Origin: Patescibacteria group bacterium
GTDB taxonomy: Bacteria > Patescibacteriota > Microgenomatia > UBA1406
Direction of reading: 5' to 3'
Length of the DNA stretch: 64,000 nt
NCBI GenBank assembly: GCA_041665145.1
Contig: JBAYJK010000003.1
Coordinates: 69,177-133,176 of the forward strand
Part shown: one piece after another, positions 47,462 through 56,593 of the stretch
Layout of the letters: every line of letters begins with the position of its first letter
Position numbering within the stretch: position 1 is the first letter of the stretch
Position numbers and translations under genes: made by a program
The notes under the pieces: model-generated
Seen by the model: only the letters and a program-made list of their open reading frames with translations
What the model was told of the DNA's origin: nothing
Databases searched by the model: none

Positions 47462-47513
47462 GTGCTGGGAGTAACGGATGTGGACCTGAAAGGCCTTATA
47501 ACGGTGTCTCACC
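47462..47513 (+). repeat. Family-1 junction repeat, copy I (island boundary)
   Basis: GTGCTGGGAGTAACGGATGTGGACCtGaAaGGCCTTATAacGGTGTCTCAcc. Confidence 0.85.
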
Positions 47514-47561
47514 TTTGAGGCTAAATGGGACATTTGGTACAGTATAAAAAGAAACAACTCA

Positions 47562-47578
47562 TCTTCATAAAATCTTAA
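47562..47578 (+). promoter_or_regulatory. Direct repeat TCTTCA-N5-TCTTAA (island RR box 1)
   Basis: 11-bp phasing, 12 nt upstream of TAGTAT (47591-47596), which is 6 nt from the ATG at 47603. Confidence 0.55.
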
Positions 47579-47602
47579 TTCATGTGGTTGTAGTATTTGA
47601 CT

Positions 47603-47863
47603 ATGTTTTATAAGAAAGAGATAGTTAAACAGCTAAACCTTTCTCAGCATACTGTTACAGATGTTATCAATGAACTTCCATCCGATTACGACTGGAAATT
47701 TCTCTGTCAGAAGATTGAGCTTGCGATAGTTAAACTTAACCGAGCTTCAGAACTGCTACGAATATACCATCTCGAGGTTTGTACCCTGAATAAACAAGAT
47801 AGAACAAAAACCACTTTAGGTTCTCAGACTATCAGTGAAGTTATGAAAGCATATAAATTTTAG
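47603..47863 (+). CDS. small protein with a possible HTH (86 aa)
   Basis: KQLNLSQHTVTDVI looks HTH-like. The ATG at 47603 is preferred over the TTG at 47597. Confidence 0.45.
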   Translation: MFYKKEIVKQLNLSQHTVTDVINELPSDYDWKFLCQKIELAIVKLNRASELLRIYHLEVCTLNKQDRTKTTLGSQTISEVMKAYKF

Positions 47864-47876
47864 CAAGAAGATAAAT

Positions 47877-48371
47877 ATGAGCTCAAAAGTTATAATTACT
47901 CTTTGCGTTTTCTTCGGCGTAATGCTCGGACTTGTTTTCTTTATAACAACTGGTCAAAAGCCGGATCTGGCGTCTATTGTATATTCCGCTCAAGATACTA
48001 ATCGGCCCAAAGTTGAGGCAAATAGCGTATTCAAAAACCTTGGGGAAATCAGCGTGTCCGATGTGAAAAAGCAGGACTTTTCTTTCAAAAATACAGGCAC
48101 CAAGCCTCTTCAGATTCTCGGAATTAGTTCGAGCTGCGGCTGTACAACAGGTCAGCTAATTTACAAAGGTACAACTACAAAACCATACAGTATGCATGCC
48201 CAAAGCGGATTCATTACTAACATAGCGCCAGGTGAAAGTGCCATAGTTCGCCTCGTATACCGCCCCGCGACTATGCCTGTGTACGGTCTCGTTGAGCGCG
48301 AAGTGTATGTAACGACAAACGATCCTCTTAATCAGAAATTGGTGTTTAGCATTAAAGCAAAGGTGAGGTAA
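47877..48371 (+). CDS. DUF1573-domain protein, membrane-anchored
   Basis: N-terminal TM, FKNTGTKPLQI and SSSCGCTTG. Confidence 0.75.
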   Translation: MSSKVIITLCVFFGVMLGLVFFITTGQKPDLASIVYSAQDTNRPKVEANSVFKNLGEISVSDVKKQDFSFKNTGTKPLQILGISSSCGCTTGQLIYKGTTTKPYSMHAQSGFITNIAPGESAIVRLVYRPATMPVYGLVEREVYVTTNDPLNQKLVFSIKAKVR

Positions 48372-48373
48372 AA

Positions 48374-49201
48374 ATGGATTCAAACTTTTTATTTGGCGTC
48401 TCATTGACAGCATCATTTCTCGCGGGAGTACTGGCACTATTTGCCCCGTGTTGTATAACATTTCTGTTCCCTTCATATCTTGGAACAATCTTCAAGGACG
48501 GCAAAAAGGTTATGTATTATACGTTTATCTTTGCGTTCGGCCTGGCCTTCGTCCTAGTTCCGATAGCACTTGGAATTAGGGCTGCTATATTCTTTCTCGA
48601 CACATACCATACACAAGTTTACTATCTCGGTGCGTTGGTTATGATTCTGATGGGTTTTTTAACACTTAAACCCGTACTCCATCTACCTCAGATATTTCAT
48701 GTCTCTAGCCCCCATGGAAAAAAAATTAACACAGGAACGGTTTTTGGATTAGGTCTTATGTCTGGACTAACTTCTGCCTGTTGCGCTCCAGTACTCTTTG
48801 CCGCTGTTACACTTACATCGCTGTCCCCCTCACTTTTACAGGCTTTTATCGTCTCAGCAGCATATATTGTCGGTATCGTCATGCCTTTGTTTATCATGTC
48901 AATGTTTTACGAAAAGGCAACTTCTCGGGTAACAGGAGCAAACAGACAGAAAATTTATCGGATTTTGAAGTTTGCGGGAGCCGCTTTATTTTTTCTTGCA
49001 GGTATACTGATAGCTTTATTCAATTTTTTTGGAAAAATACAGATGAACCAGATGGAACCATACAGCCAAAAAATTAGACTTATTTTTTTTGAAATTTCGA
49101 AATACTTCCAGAATCCGATAATCGACCTGGTAGTTTTTGGGATAGTTCTGCTTGCTTTTTACAAGTTACTACGTTATAAAGGCCATGAAAAAGAAGAATA
49201 A
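48374..49201 (+). CDS. DsbD/CcdA-family (DsbD_2) membrane thiol-disulfide transporter-like protein
   Basis: 6 TM, with LFAPCC in TM1 and TSACCAPV in TM4. Confidence 0.7.
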   Translation: MDSNFLFGVSLTASFLAGVLALFAPCCITFLFPSYLGTIFKDGKKVMYYTFIFAFGLAFVLVPIALGIRAAIFFLDTYHTQVYYLGALVMILMGFLTLKPVLHLPQIFHVSSPHGKKINTGTVFGLGLMSGLTSACCAPVLFAAVTLTSLSPSLLQAFIVSAAYIVGIVMPLFIMSMFYEKATSRVTGANRQKIYRILKFAGAALFFLAGILIALFNFFGKIQMNQMEPYSQKIRLIFFEISKYFQNPIIDLVVFGIVLLAFYKLLRYKGHEKEE

Positions 49202-50123
49202 TCTTTTGCCGGTAGTTATGGTTAGTGTTACTTTTAACGCGATTTTGGCTGCCATACTCATTACTCCCCGCGTCATAAGTTTAAAATCGACCCTTTTTAA
49301 ACCACAGGTATCTCCATCGACAAAAACTGTGGTAACCACCAAAAACAACTTGTTTGATCAAATTAACCCGGTTGCGGGGTATGAAATAAATGCATTGTAT
49401 AGAGATCTTGGCCCGAAACTTATAGCTTCGGGGGCAATAGATCGAGAGAAATTTCAAAGCACATATGAAAGATCTAGCCAACCGATGACAACAGAACAGA
49501 AACAAATTTTATTTAAAGGATCGAGCAAAAGAATAAAAGTAACCAGGGAAAACTCGTACTTTCTTCTTAATTTTTTCTGGGCTGTAGGGCTTGCCAATAA
49601 ATCTAAAATTCTCGACGAAGGAGATATGGTGAAATATGGCGGTAAAAGTGGTGCGGGCAATTTTGCCTCTACCGGAGGGTGGAGTTTGGCAAAAAGTGAG
49701 GCAATGAATTACTATTCAAAGTCGGAACTTATTTCGTTGACTGCAGAACAAGAAGCTCTCGTCGCTCTGGTAGCATCAAATATTTTCAGGCCTTGTTGTG
49801 ACAACTCAACGGCATTCCCGGACTGCAACCATGGGATGGCTTTATTGGGAGTCCTGCAACTTATGGCAGCAAACGGTGCAACTGAAAAAGACATGTATGA
49901 AGCGTCGAAATACTTCAACGCTTTTTGGTTCCCGGGAAACTATTATGATCTTGCATTATATTTTCAAAACAAGGAGGGAAAATCATTTAAAGATGTAGAT
50001 GCAAAGATCTTATTAAGTAAAGATTTCTCATCTGCAACTGCATCTCAAAATATTAAGCAATGGCTTGCTAATAAAGGATTAGTCCAGCAACCACCGAAAC
50101 AAGGTGGCGGATGCGGAGTATAA
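49185..50123 (+). CDS. membrane-anchored hypothetical protein with a PCCDNSTAFPDCNHG motif and a C-terminal GGGCGV
   Basis: 313 aa with an N-terminal TM. The start is at MKKKNN (49185), overlapping the previous gene by 17 nt. Confidence 0.6.
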   Translation: MKKKNNLLPVVMVSVTFNAILAAILITPRVISLKSTLFKPQVSPSTKTVVTTKNNLFDQINPVAGYEINALYRDLGPKLIASGAIDREKFQSTYERSSQPMTTEQKQILFKGSSKRIKVTRENSYFLLNFFWAVGLANKSKILDEGDMVKYGGKSGAGNFASTGGWSLAKSEAMNYYSKSELISLTAEQEALVALVASNIFRPCCDNSTAFPDCNHGMALLGVLQLMAANGATEKDMYEASKYFNAFWFPGNYYDLALYFQNKEGKSFKDVDAKILLSKDFSSATASQNIKQWLANKGLVQQPPKQGGGCGV

Positions 50124-50130
50124 TGCTCTT

Positions 50131-50799
50131 ATGAGGATTCTGATCGTCGAGGATGAACAAAGACTTTCTAATATTGTTCGAAAAGGATTCATTGAGGATG
50201 GTTTTGCTGTAGACCAAGCATTCGACGGTGAAGAGGGACAATACCTTGCTGAAAGTGAAGAGTATGATCTTATTGTGTTGGATATTGCATTACCTAAAGT
50301 CGATGGACTAACTCTCTGTAAAGAACTTCGTAATAAACAAATAAGAACCCCCGTTCTAATTTTAACCGCAAAGTCGAAAACGGAAGATAAAATAGCAGGG
50401 CTTGACTCAGGAGCTGACGACTATATGACAAAACCATTTTCTTTTGCTGAATTTCGCTCCCGTGTACACGCTCTTATCAGAAGAAGCCATCAAAATTCAT
50501 CCCCTGTTTTGGAAATTGAAGGTCTGGAGGTTGATCCATTGAAGCATATTGTGAAGAGAGACAGCAGGACAATAAGTTTGACTCCAAAGGAGTTTGCAAT
50601 TTTAGAGCTATTGATGAGGCATAAGGGTGAAGTGGTAAGCAGAACTATGATTACAGAGCATGTCTGGGATTATAATTTCGAGGGAATGAGTAACGTTGTT
50701 GATGTTTTCGTTACCACATTACGAAAGAAAATTAATCGGGGGTCAAAACACAAGCTCATACAAACGATTCATGGAGTCGGTTATAAGGTTGGAAGCTAA
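50131..50799 (+). CDS. OmpR-family response regulator (CopR/CusR-like by context)
   Basis: MRILIVEDE, LDIALPKVDG, TAK, HGVGYK. TATAAT 50119-50124 lies 6 nt upstream of the ATG. Confidence 0.9.
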   Translation: MRILIVEDEQRLSNIVRKGFIEDGFAVDQAFDGEEGQYLAESEEYDLIVLDIALPKVDGLTLCKELRNKQIRTPVLILTAKSKTEDKIAGLDSGADDYMTKPFSFAEFRSRVHALIRRSHQNSSPVLEIEGLEVDPLKHIVKRDSRTISLTPKEFAILELLMRHKGEVVSRTMITEHVWDYNFEGMSNVVDVFVTTLRKKINRGSKHKLIQTIHGVGYKVGS

Positions 50800-50800
50800 T

Positions 50801-52204
50801 ATGAATACCAAAAGCATACGATTCCGCATAATCTTCTGGTTCAGTCTGGCAATGTTTCTTGCGGCTGCATTTATTTTTTCCAGTTTTTATCTGGTAACAA
50901 CAAGGATACTTTTCAAACAAGTAGATAGCGAACTTTTGACACACGCGACTAAGTTATCACAGATCGTGACACGACAGGGTGTTAGTCTGCATGAGGTATT
51001 ATTGCAACAACAATTATTCACCGAATTCAGCAATATTCCGGGTATGGTTGTAGCCTTACTGGATGAAAATGGTATTGCTGTTAGCAGCTCGCTAAGTATG
51101 GATAGGCCATACGTTTCATATAACTATCTTTTCCAGCTAGCTCGGGGTTCCGCAAAACCAGTCTACTTAAACCAGGAAATTAGCAATGTACCTATGAGAT
51201 TCATTGCCCAGCCAATCAGAAGCGGATCGGATCTTGTAGGTATTGTACTCGTTGCACACCCTATTGATGCTATCCAGAAGTCTCTCAATACTCTTCTTAC
51301 GACCCTCGCGATACTGCTGGGGCTGCTCGTAATTCCAACGGTTCTCGGCGGATTAGTCCTCGCCGGAAAAATCATGCAACCCATATCTCATATAACCAAT
51401 AAAATTGACAAGATAAGTTCCGAACATCTTGAAGAGAGGGTGGATACATCCCGAACAGGGGATGAAATGGAAAAGCTTGGGGTTACCTTTAACAGTCTTC
51501 TAGATCGTCTTCAGGATTCGTTTCAACGGGAACGACAGTTCATCGGTGATGTTGCACATGAATTGAAGACCCCGGTTGCAACTCTTAAGAGCGGAATTGA
51601 ACTCGCGCTTTTAAAAAACAGGACAAACGATGAATACAGACAATTCTTCAAGGAAACTCTTATTGATGTCAATAGATTATCTACAACAATCAAAAATATT
51701 CTTGATCTTGCTTGGCTCGGGGCGGAGAGCTCACAAATTTCTGAGAACAGTTTTAATTTGTCGGTAACGCTTACCGAATTAAGCGAGATTGCAACAAAAC
51801 TAGCAGCTCAAAAACGTATAAGCATAAGAAACAATATTAGGCAAAATATATTTGTTATTGGAGTAGAAGACAAAATAACCAGAGCAATACTCAACATTAT
51901 TGATAACGCGATCAAATACACTCCAGTGGATAAAACTGTCAGTATTACTTTGCACAAAAGAGGCGGTAGCGCTATCCTTGAAATAACTGATACCGGTATC
52001 GGTATTTCGGAAAAAGAGATAGATCATATCTTCGAACGTTTTTATCGTGGCGCAAAAACTGCAAAAACATTAGGCTCAGGTCTCGGACTTGCCATTGCGC
52101 AGGGTATTATAAAAGCCCATCGCGGTGAAATTGATGTGACTAGTAAAGTCGGCAAAGGAACCACAGTTTCTATTACCTTGCCTATCAAAGGCATTCTATC
52201 ATAA
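50801..52204 (+). CDS. sensor histidine kinase (CopS/CusS-like by context)
   Basis: Two TM segments flanking a periplasmic-type domain, HAMP, H-box AHELKTPV, DNAIKYT, DTGIGI and GSGLGLAI. Confidence 0.9.
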   Translation: MNTKSIRFRIIFWFSLAMFLAAAFIFSSFYLVTTRILFKQVDSELLTHATKLSQIVTRQGVSLHEVLLQQQLFTEFSNIPGMVVALLDENGIAVSSSLSMDRPYVSYNYLFQLARGSAKPVYLNQEISNVPMRFIAQPIRSGSDLVGIVLVAHPIDAIQKSLNTLLTTLAILLGLLVIPTVLGGLVLAGKIMQPISHITNKIDKISSEHLEERVDTSRTGDEMEKLGVTFNSLLDRLQDSFQRERQFIGDVAHELKTPVATLKSGIELALLKNRTNDEYRQFFKETLIDVNRLSTTIKNILDLAWLGAESSQISENSFNLSVTLTELSEIATKLAAQKRISIRNNIRQNIFVIGVEDKITRAILNIIDNAIKYTPVDKTVSITLHKRGGSAILEITDTGIGISEKEIDHIFERFYRGAKTAKTLGSGLGLAIAQGIIKAHRGEIDVTSKVGKGTTVSITLPIKGILS

Positions 52205-52207
52205 CCA

Positions 52208-52224
52208 TCTTCACACTTTCCTAA
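52208..52224 (+). promoter_or_regulatory. Direct repeat TCTTCA-N5-TCCTAA (island RR box 3)
   Basis: Same phasing as box 1, 12 nt upstream of TATAGT (52237-52242). Confidence 0.5.
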
Positions 52225-52274
52225 TGCTACTCATTATATAGTTCAAATATATATAGCAATTTAATATAATCAAT

Positions 52275-52481
52275 ATGGAGTACCATGAAGCACCAACGTA
52301 CAACAGCAAAACGAGTGCAGTAATAACGTGGTTCCTTGTTTGTCTGTGTGCAGTTGTTGTTGTGGTTGTGGCGGTTACGGTGTTTAAGGTTAAGCTAAAT
52401 AGCTTGTTGTATGTAGGAATTCTTTTACTATGTCCGCTCATACATTTTGTGATGATGAAAAGCGGCAGCCATAAGCATTAA
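52275..52481 (+). CDS. DUF2933-like small membrane protein
   Basis: 68 aa with the C-terminal LLLCPLIHFVMMKSGSHKH pattern seen next to copper ATPases. Confidence 0.5.
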   Translation: MEYHEAPTYNSKTSAVITWFLVCLCAVVVVVVAVTVFKVKLNSLLYVGILLLCPLIHFVMMKSGSHKH

Positions 52482-52521
52482 CTACGACAAAAAATAAACA
52501 CAAAAGTGTTACGATAAAAGC

Positions 52522-54663
52522 ATGAAAATGAATCATGAAACGATGACTCACGATATGCATGATATGCACAGTCAACATGATATGCATTCAATGAAACCTA
52601 TGTCTGAATTGTCCTTCTGGGAAAAGCTAAAGATGAGTATGGCGATGAGTATGGGTATGGAACACACAGGTCTAGCCGGACGTGAGATGGCCAAACTTAT
52701 GGAACTAGACATAAGAAATAAGTTTTTCTTTTCTTTGTTTCTAACACTACCCATTCTTCTCTACTCCATGGGAAATATGATTTTCAAGTTGAATTTACCG
52801 TCCCCTCTTCCCATTCCCTGGCTTCTGTTTGTACTAACAACCCCCGTCTTTTTTTACGGAGGTTGGTTGTTTCTGTATTCCTCATTTCTTGAATTGCGTA
52901 AACGGCAACTTGGTATGTCCGTTCTGATAGCAATTGGTATTACGGCTGCATATGGGTTCAGCGTTGTGTTGACACTAACCGGAAGCGCTGATTCGTACTA
53001 TGAAGCAGCGGCAATGTTGATTACATTTGTACTTTTTGGGCATTGGATGGAAATGAAATCCAGGCGTGGAACCACTGACGCGCTTCAGGCTTTGTTTAAC
53101 CTCGTTCCTCCTCAGGCACGACTCTGGAAAAACAACGTGGAAACGATAGTATCTACTTCTGAAATCAAACTTGGGGATATCCTTGTACTTAAACCTGGAG
53201 ATAAGGTACCTGTTGATGGTGAAATTATTGAGGGAGAAACGGCAATTGATGAGTCGCTTGTTACGGGTGAATCAATCCCAGTTTTAAAGAAAATGGCCGA
53301 TACCGTGATTGGTGGTTCTATCAACACGTCCGGTTCAGTAAAATTTAAGGCTACTAAAGTCGGAAATGATACGGCGCTTGCGCAAATTGTTAAAATGGTC
53401 GAGACCGCCCAAAACTCTAAGGCTCCCGGACAGAAATTGGCTGATACATTTGCAAAATATCTGGTTATTATTGCCGTAGGAGGTGGGTTATTGACATTCT
53501 TTACCTGGTTTTTTGTTTTAGGTCAACCGCTGGTTGTCGCATTGACATTTGCTATTTCCACCATCGTCATCGCGTGCCCAGATGCACTTGGTTTGGCAAC
53601 ACCTACCGCTGTAGCGGTTGGGACTGGTCTTGGTGCAAAGCACAATATCCTTATAAAGGATGCTCCCACACTTGAACAGGTGTCCAAGATTCAGACAGTT
53701 GTTCTCGATAAGACGGGAACGCTTACCGAGGGAAAGCCAAAAGTTACTGATACAGTAGCTGCCTCAGGTTTTTCTCAAAGCGAAGTTCTCAGACTGACCG
53801 CAGCTGCCGAAACGAAGTCTGGTCACCCTCTCAGCAAGGCTATTCTTGAAGAAGTACATAGACTTACATTAAGCATACCTTCGAATATCGACAAATTTAA
53901 TTCCTTATCAGGTCTTGGGGTTGAGGCGTTTGTCGAAAATAGACATGTACTCGTCGGGACTATAAAACTTATGACCGATCGTAAGGTTGATATTTCTCCG
54001 CTTCAGAAAGATATCGACCGATTATTAGTAGAAGGCAAGACACTCATGATTCTAGCAATAGATAGTAAAATTGCGGGTGTGGTAGCTGCTGCTGACACGG
54101 TTAAACCTACTGCAAAAGACGCCATTACCGCAATGAGGCAATTAGGATTGGAGGTGGCTATGATTACTGGAGACAACAGACAAACAGCTGAGGCTGTTGG
54201 TACATTATTGGGCATTGACAGAATATTTTCCGAGGTACTACCGGCAGATAAAGAAACATACGTTAAAAAGCTTCAGGATGAGGGCAGATTCGTAGCAATG
54301 GTTGGTGATGGTGTCAATGATGCTCCGGCGCTTGCACGGGCAGATATAGGCATTGCCATAGGGGCAGGCACAGATGTTGCTATCGAGACAGCCAAGGTTG
54401 TTCTCATGAAATCGGATCCCGGAGATATTCTTCGTGCTATAAAATTATCAAAAGCAACAGTACGTAAAATGAAGGAAAATCTGGTGTGGGCAAGCATTTA
54501 CAACGTTTTAGCGATTCCTATAGCTGCTGGAGTTCTCTATCCGACTTTTGGTATTACGTTACGACCGGAGTTTTCAGCCCTTCTCATGTCAGCCTCTTCA
54601 ATTATTGTAGCAGTTAATGCTGTGTTGCTCAGAAGATCAGAAAAGGATCTAGTAACACTATAA
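52522..54663 (+). CDS. P1B-type heavy-metal ATPase with a His/Met-rich N-terminus and a CPD TM4 motif
   Basis: N-terminal MNHETMTHDMHDMHSQHDMHSM, TGES, IACPDALGLATP, DKTGTLT, GDGVNDAPAL, and TM6 MSASS. Confidence 0.9.
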   Translation: MKMNHETMTHDMHDMHSQHDMHSMKPMSELSFWEKLKMSMAMSMGMEHTGLAGREMAKLMELDIRNKFFFSLFLTLPILLYSMGNMIFKLNLPSPLPIPWLLFVLTTPVFFYGGWLFLYSSFLELRKRQLGMSVLIAIGITAAYGFSVVLTLTGSADSYYEAAAMLITFVLFGHWMEMKSRRGTTDALQALFNLVPPQARLWKNNVETIVSTSEIKLGDILVLKPGDKVPVDGEIIEGETAIDESLVTGESIPVLKKMADTVIGGSINTSGSVKFKATKVGNDTALAQIVKMVETAQNSKAPGQKLADTFAKYLVIIAVGGGLLTFFTWFFVLGQPLVVALTFAISTIVIACPDALGLATPTAVAVGTGLGAKHNILIKDAPTLEQVSKIQTVVLDKTGTLTEGKPKVTDTVAASGFSQSEVLRLTAAAETKSGHPLSKAILEEVHRLTLSIPSNIDKFNSLSGLGVEAFVENRHVLVGTIKLMTDRKVDISPLQKDIDRLLVEGKTLMILAIDSKIAGVVAAADTVKPTAKDAITAMRQLGLEVAMITGDNRQTAEAVGTLLGIDRIFSEVLPADKETYVKKLQDEGRFVAMVGDGVNDAPALARADIGIAIGAGTDVAIETAKVVLMKSDPGDILRAIKLSKATVRKMKENLVWASIYNVLAIPIAAGVLYPTFGITLRPEFSALLMSASSIIVAVNAVLLRRSEKDLVTL

Positions 54664-54689
54664 TTGCTGTCTTCAACGAAACTCTGAAA

Positions 54690-54706
54690 TCTTCATAAAA
54701 TCTTAA
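54690..54706 (+). promoter_or_regulatory. Direct repeat TCTTCA-N5-TCTTAA (island RR box 2)
   Basis: The 17-mer is identical to box 1. It lies 12 nt upstream of TATGCT (54719-54724), which is 7 nt from the ATG at 54732. An extra TCTTCA at 54669-54674 is 21 nt upstream. Confidence 0.55.
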
Positions 54707-54731
54707 CTGCCTGTCTTGTATGCTGTATTTT

Positions 54732-56579
54732 ATGAAAAAATGTAACATCAATATCAAAGGCATGCACTGCCGATCATGTGAATTGTTAATAGAAGACGAA
54801 TTACAAAAGGTACCCGGTATTGAACGGGTTTCAGTAAGCCACCAAACTGGGGTTGCCGAGTTATTCTACCGACACGGATTTAATGAACAGGCAGTTGCAC
54901 ATGCGATACAGAATGCCGGATACAGTATTGGGGTGAATGAAAAACCTCATATTTTTTCTCGGAACCACTGGGATTATGTTGATGTAGGAATTGCTTTCTT
55001 CATGGTAATGACCGTGTTTCTCCTTGCAAAAACATTCGGATTATTCAATTTGGGAAGTTCAATTTCGGGAAGCTACTCAAGCTTACCCATTGTGTTCATT
55101 GTCGGTCTCACCGCGGGAGTATCAACATGTATGGCAATGGTGGGCGGGTTGGTGCTCGGCGCTGCTGCTCGGTTTTCCGCGCAAAATCCAAATGCCAGCG
55201 CTCTCGAGAAATTCAAACCACATCTATTTTTTAATCTTGGAAGAATCACGTCATACACAGTTTTGGGAGGTGTGGTAGGTTTTGCTGGATCTCTGTTTCA
55301 GCTTTCTACTTCAGTTCTGGGAATTTTGACTGTTACAGTGGGGCTTGTCATGTTGCTTCTCGGAGGCCAACTTATCGAGATATTCCCTGTTTTAAAGCGA
55401 ATATCGTTTACTTTACCCAAAGGGATTTCTCGTATACTTGGTATTAAGGAGCAGACTCAGTCTGAATACAGTGACAAAGGTGCTGCAATTATGGGGGCTT
55501 CGACTTTTTTTCTACCCTGTGGTTTCACTCAGGCAATGCAACTATTTGCCATGAGTACCGGCAGTCCCGTAACAGGCGCGTTAACCATGGGTGTTTTCGC
55601 ACTTGGTACGGCGCCTGGATTGCTCAGTGTTGGTGGTCTTACATCCGTAATTAAAGGTGAGGCTGCGAAGATGTTTTTCAAGGTTGCTGGTGTTGTAGTT
55701 GTTCTGCTCGCCCTATTTAATATTTCAAATGGCCTTAACTTACTCGGGATTGGCCCGAACGTTCTTGGAGCTTTCAATACAAAGGCTGCAACGAATACAA
55801 CAGCTACTGATTCAAATGTCACCATCGCTAATGGGGTTCAGGAAGTTCGGATGACGCAAGATTCTTCCGGTTACACGCCTAATAGCTTTACTATCAAAAA
55901 AGGTACTCCAGTGAAATGGATTGTTACTTCAACTGATGTTAATACCTGTGCAAGTAGCATTGTGTCACAGCAGTTAGGTGTGCGCCAAGCACTGCAGTTA
56001 GGTGAGAACATCATAAATTTTACTCCAACAGAAACCGGTACAATCCGCTTTTCATGCATGATGGGAATGTATAATGGATCGTTTAATGTAGTTGATGAGA
56101 CTGAGACGTCGGCTGTTCCTTCTGTACTTGCCGCAGATGCAACGCCAGCGGGGGTGAGTGCGTTACCACTGCCAAGCACTACGACCACCAATGCAAAGTC
56201 ATCATGTGGCGGTTCTGGTGGAGGTGGTTGTGGATGCGGCTCAAAGCGTGCAGTGCCTACTCCAAACCCTAGCCAACCTATCGCAGAAGCCGTTGTTGAG
56301 AATAATGTACAGGTAATTAAGGCCACGTACACAAGTCTCGGCGATATCTCGCCCAACTTTTTTATCGTTAAAGCAAATCAACCGGTACGTTTCGAAGTTG
56401 ACGCGCAGGATAACGGCGAAGGTTGTATGGGCAGCATCACAGTTCCCAACCTGACAAATAAGGTGGATATTCTCACCAAAGGACAAAAGACGATTTTTGA
56501 ATTTACACCCAGTACTCCGGGTAACTACAATATCACTTGCGGGATGGGAATTCCGAGAGGCCAAATACAAGTTATTTAG
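54732..56579 (+). CDS. HMA domain + TauE/SafE-like membrane domain + two cupredoxin-like domains
   Basis: N-terminal GMHCRSCE, 6-8 TM (FFLPCGFTQAMQLFA), a Cys/Gly linker SSCGGSGGGGCGCGS, and two beta domains ending FSCMMGMYNG and ITCGMGIPRG. Confidence 0.75.
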   Translation: MKKCNINIKGMHCRSCELLIEDELQKVPGIERVSVSHQTGVAELFYRHGFNEQAVAHAIQNAGYSIGVNEKPHIFSRNHWDYVDVGIAFFMVMTVFLLAKTFGLFNLGSSISGSYSSLPIVFIVGLTAGVSTCMAMVGGLVLGAAARFSAQNPNASALEKFKPHLFFNLGRITSYTVLGGVVGFAGSLFQLSTSVLGILTVTVGLVMLLLGGQLIEIFPVLKRISFTLPKGISRILGIKEQTQSEYSDKGAAIMGASTFFLPCGFTQAMQLFAMSTGSPVTGALTMGVFALGTAPGLLSVGGLTSVIKGEAAKMFFKVAGVVVVLLALFNISNGLNLLGIGPNVLGAFNTKAATNTTATDSNVTIANGVQEVRMTQDSSGYTPNSFTIKKGTPVKWIVTSTDVNTCASSIVSQQLGVRQALQLGENIINFTPTETGTIRFSCMMGMYNGSFNVVDETETSAVPSVLAADATPAGVSALPLPSTTTTNAKSSCGGSGGGGCGCGSKRAVPTPNPSQPIAEAVVENNVQVIKATYTSLGDISPNFFIVKANQPVRFEVDAQDNGEGCMGSITVPNLTNKVDILTKGQKTIFEFTPSTPGNYNITCGMGIPRGQIQVI

Positions 56580-56593
56580 TTATTAACAAAACT

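Noticed and set aside
40183-47600. A classical integron cassette array, with the junction repeats as attC sites
   Set aside because: Gene orientation is mixed and every gene has its own promoter. The repeats lack the R''/L''...L'/R' imperfect-palindrome organisation and the GTTRRRY core, and no intI is in the window. I kept it only as an integron-like analogy.
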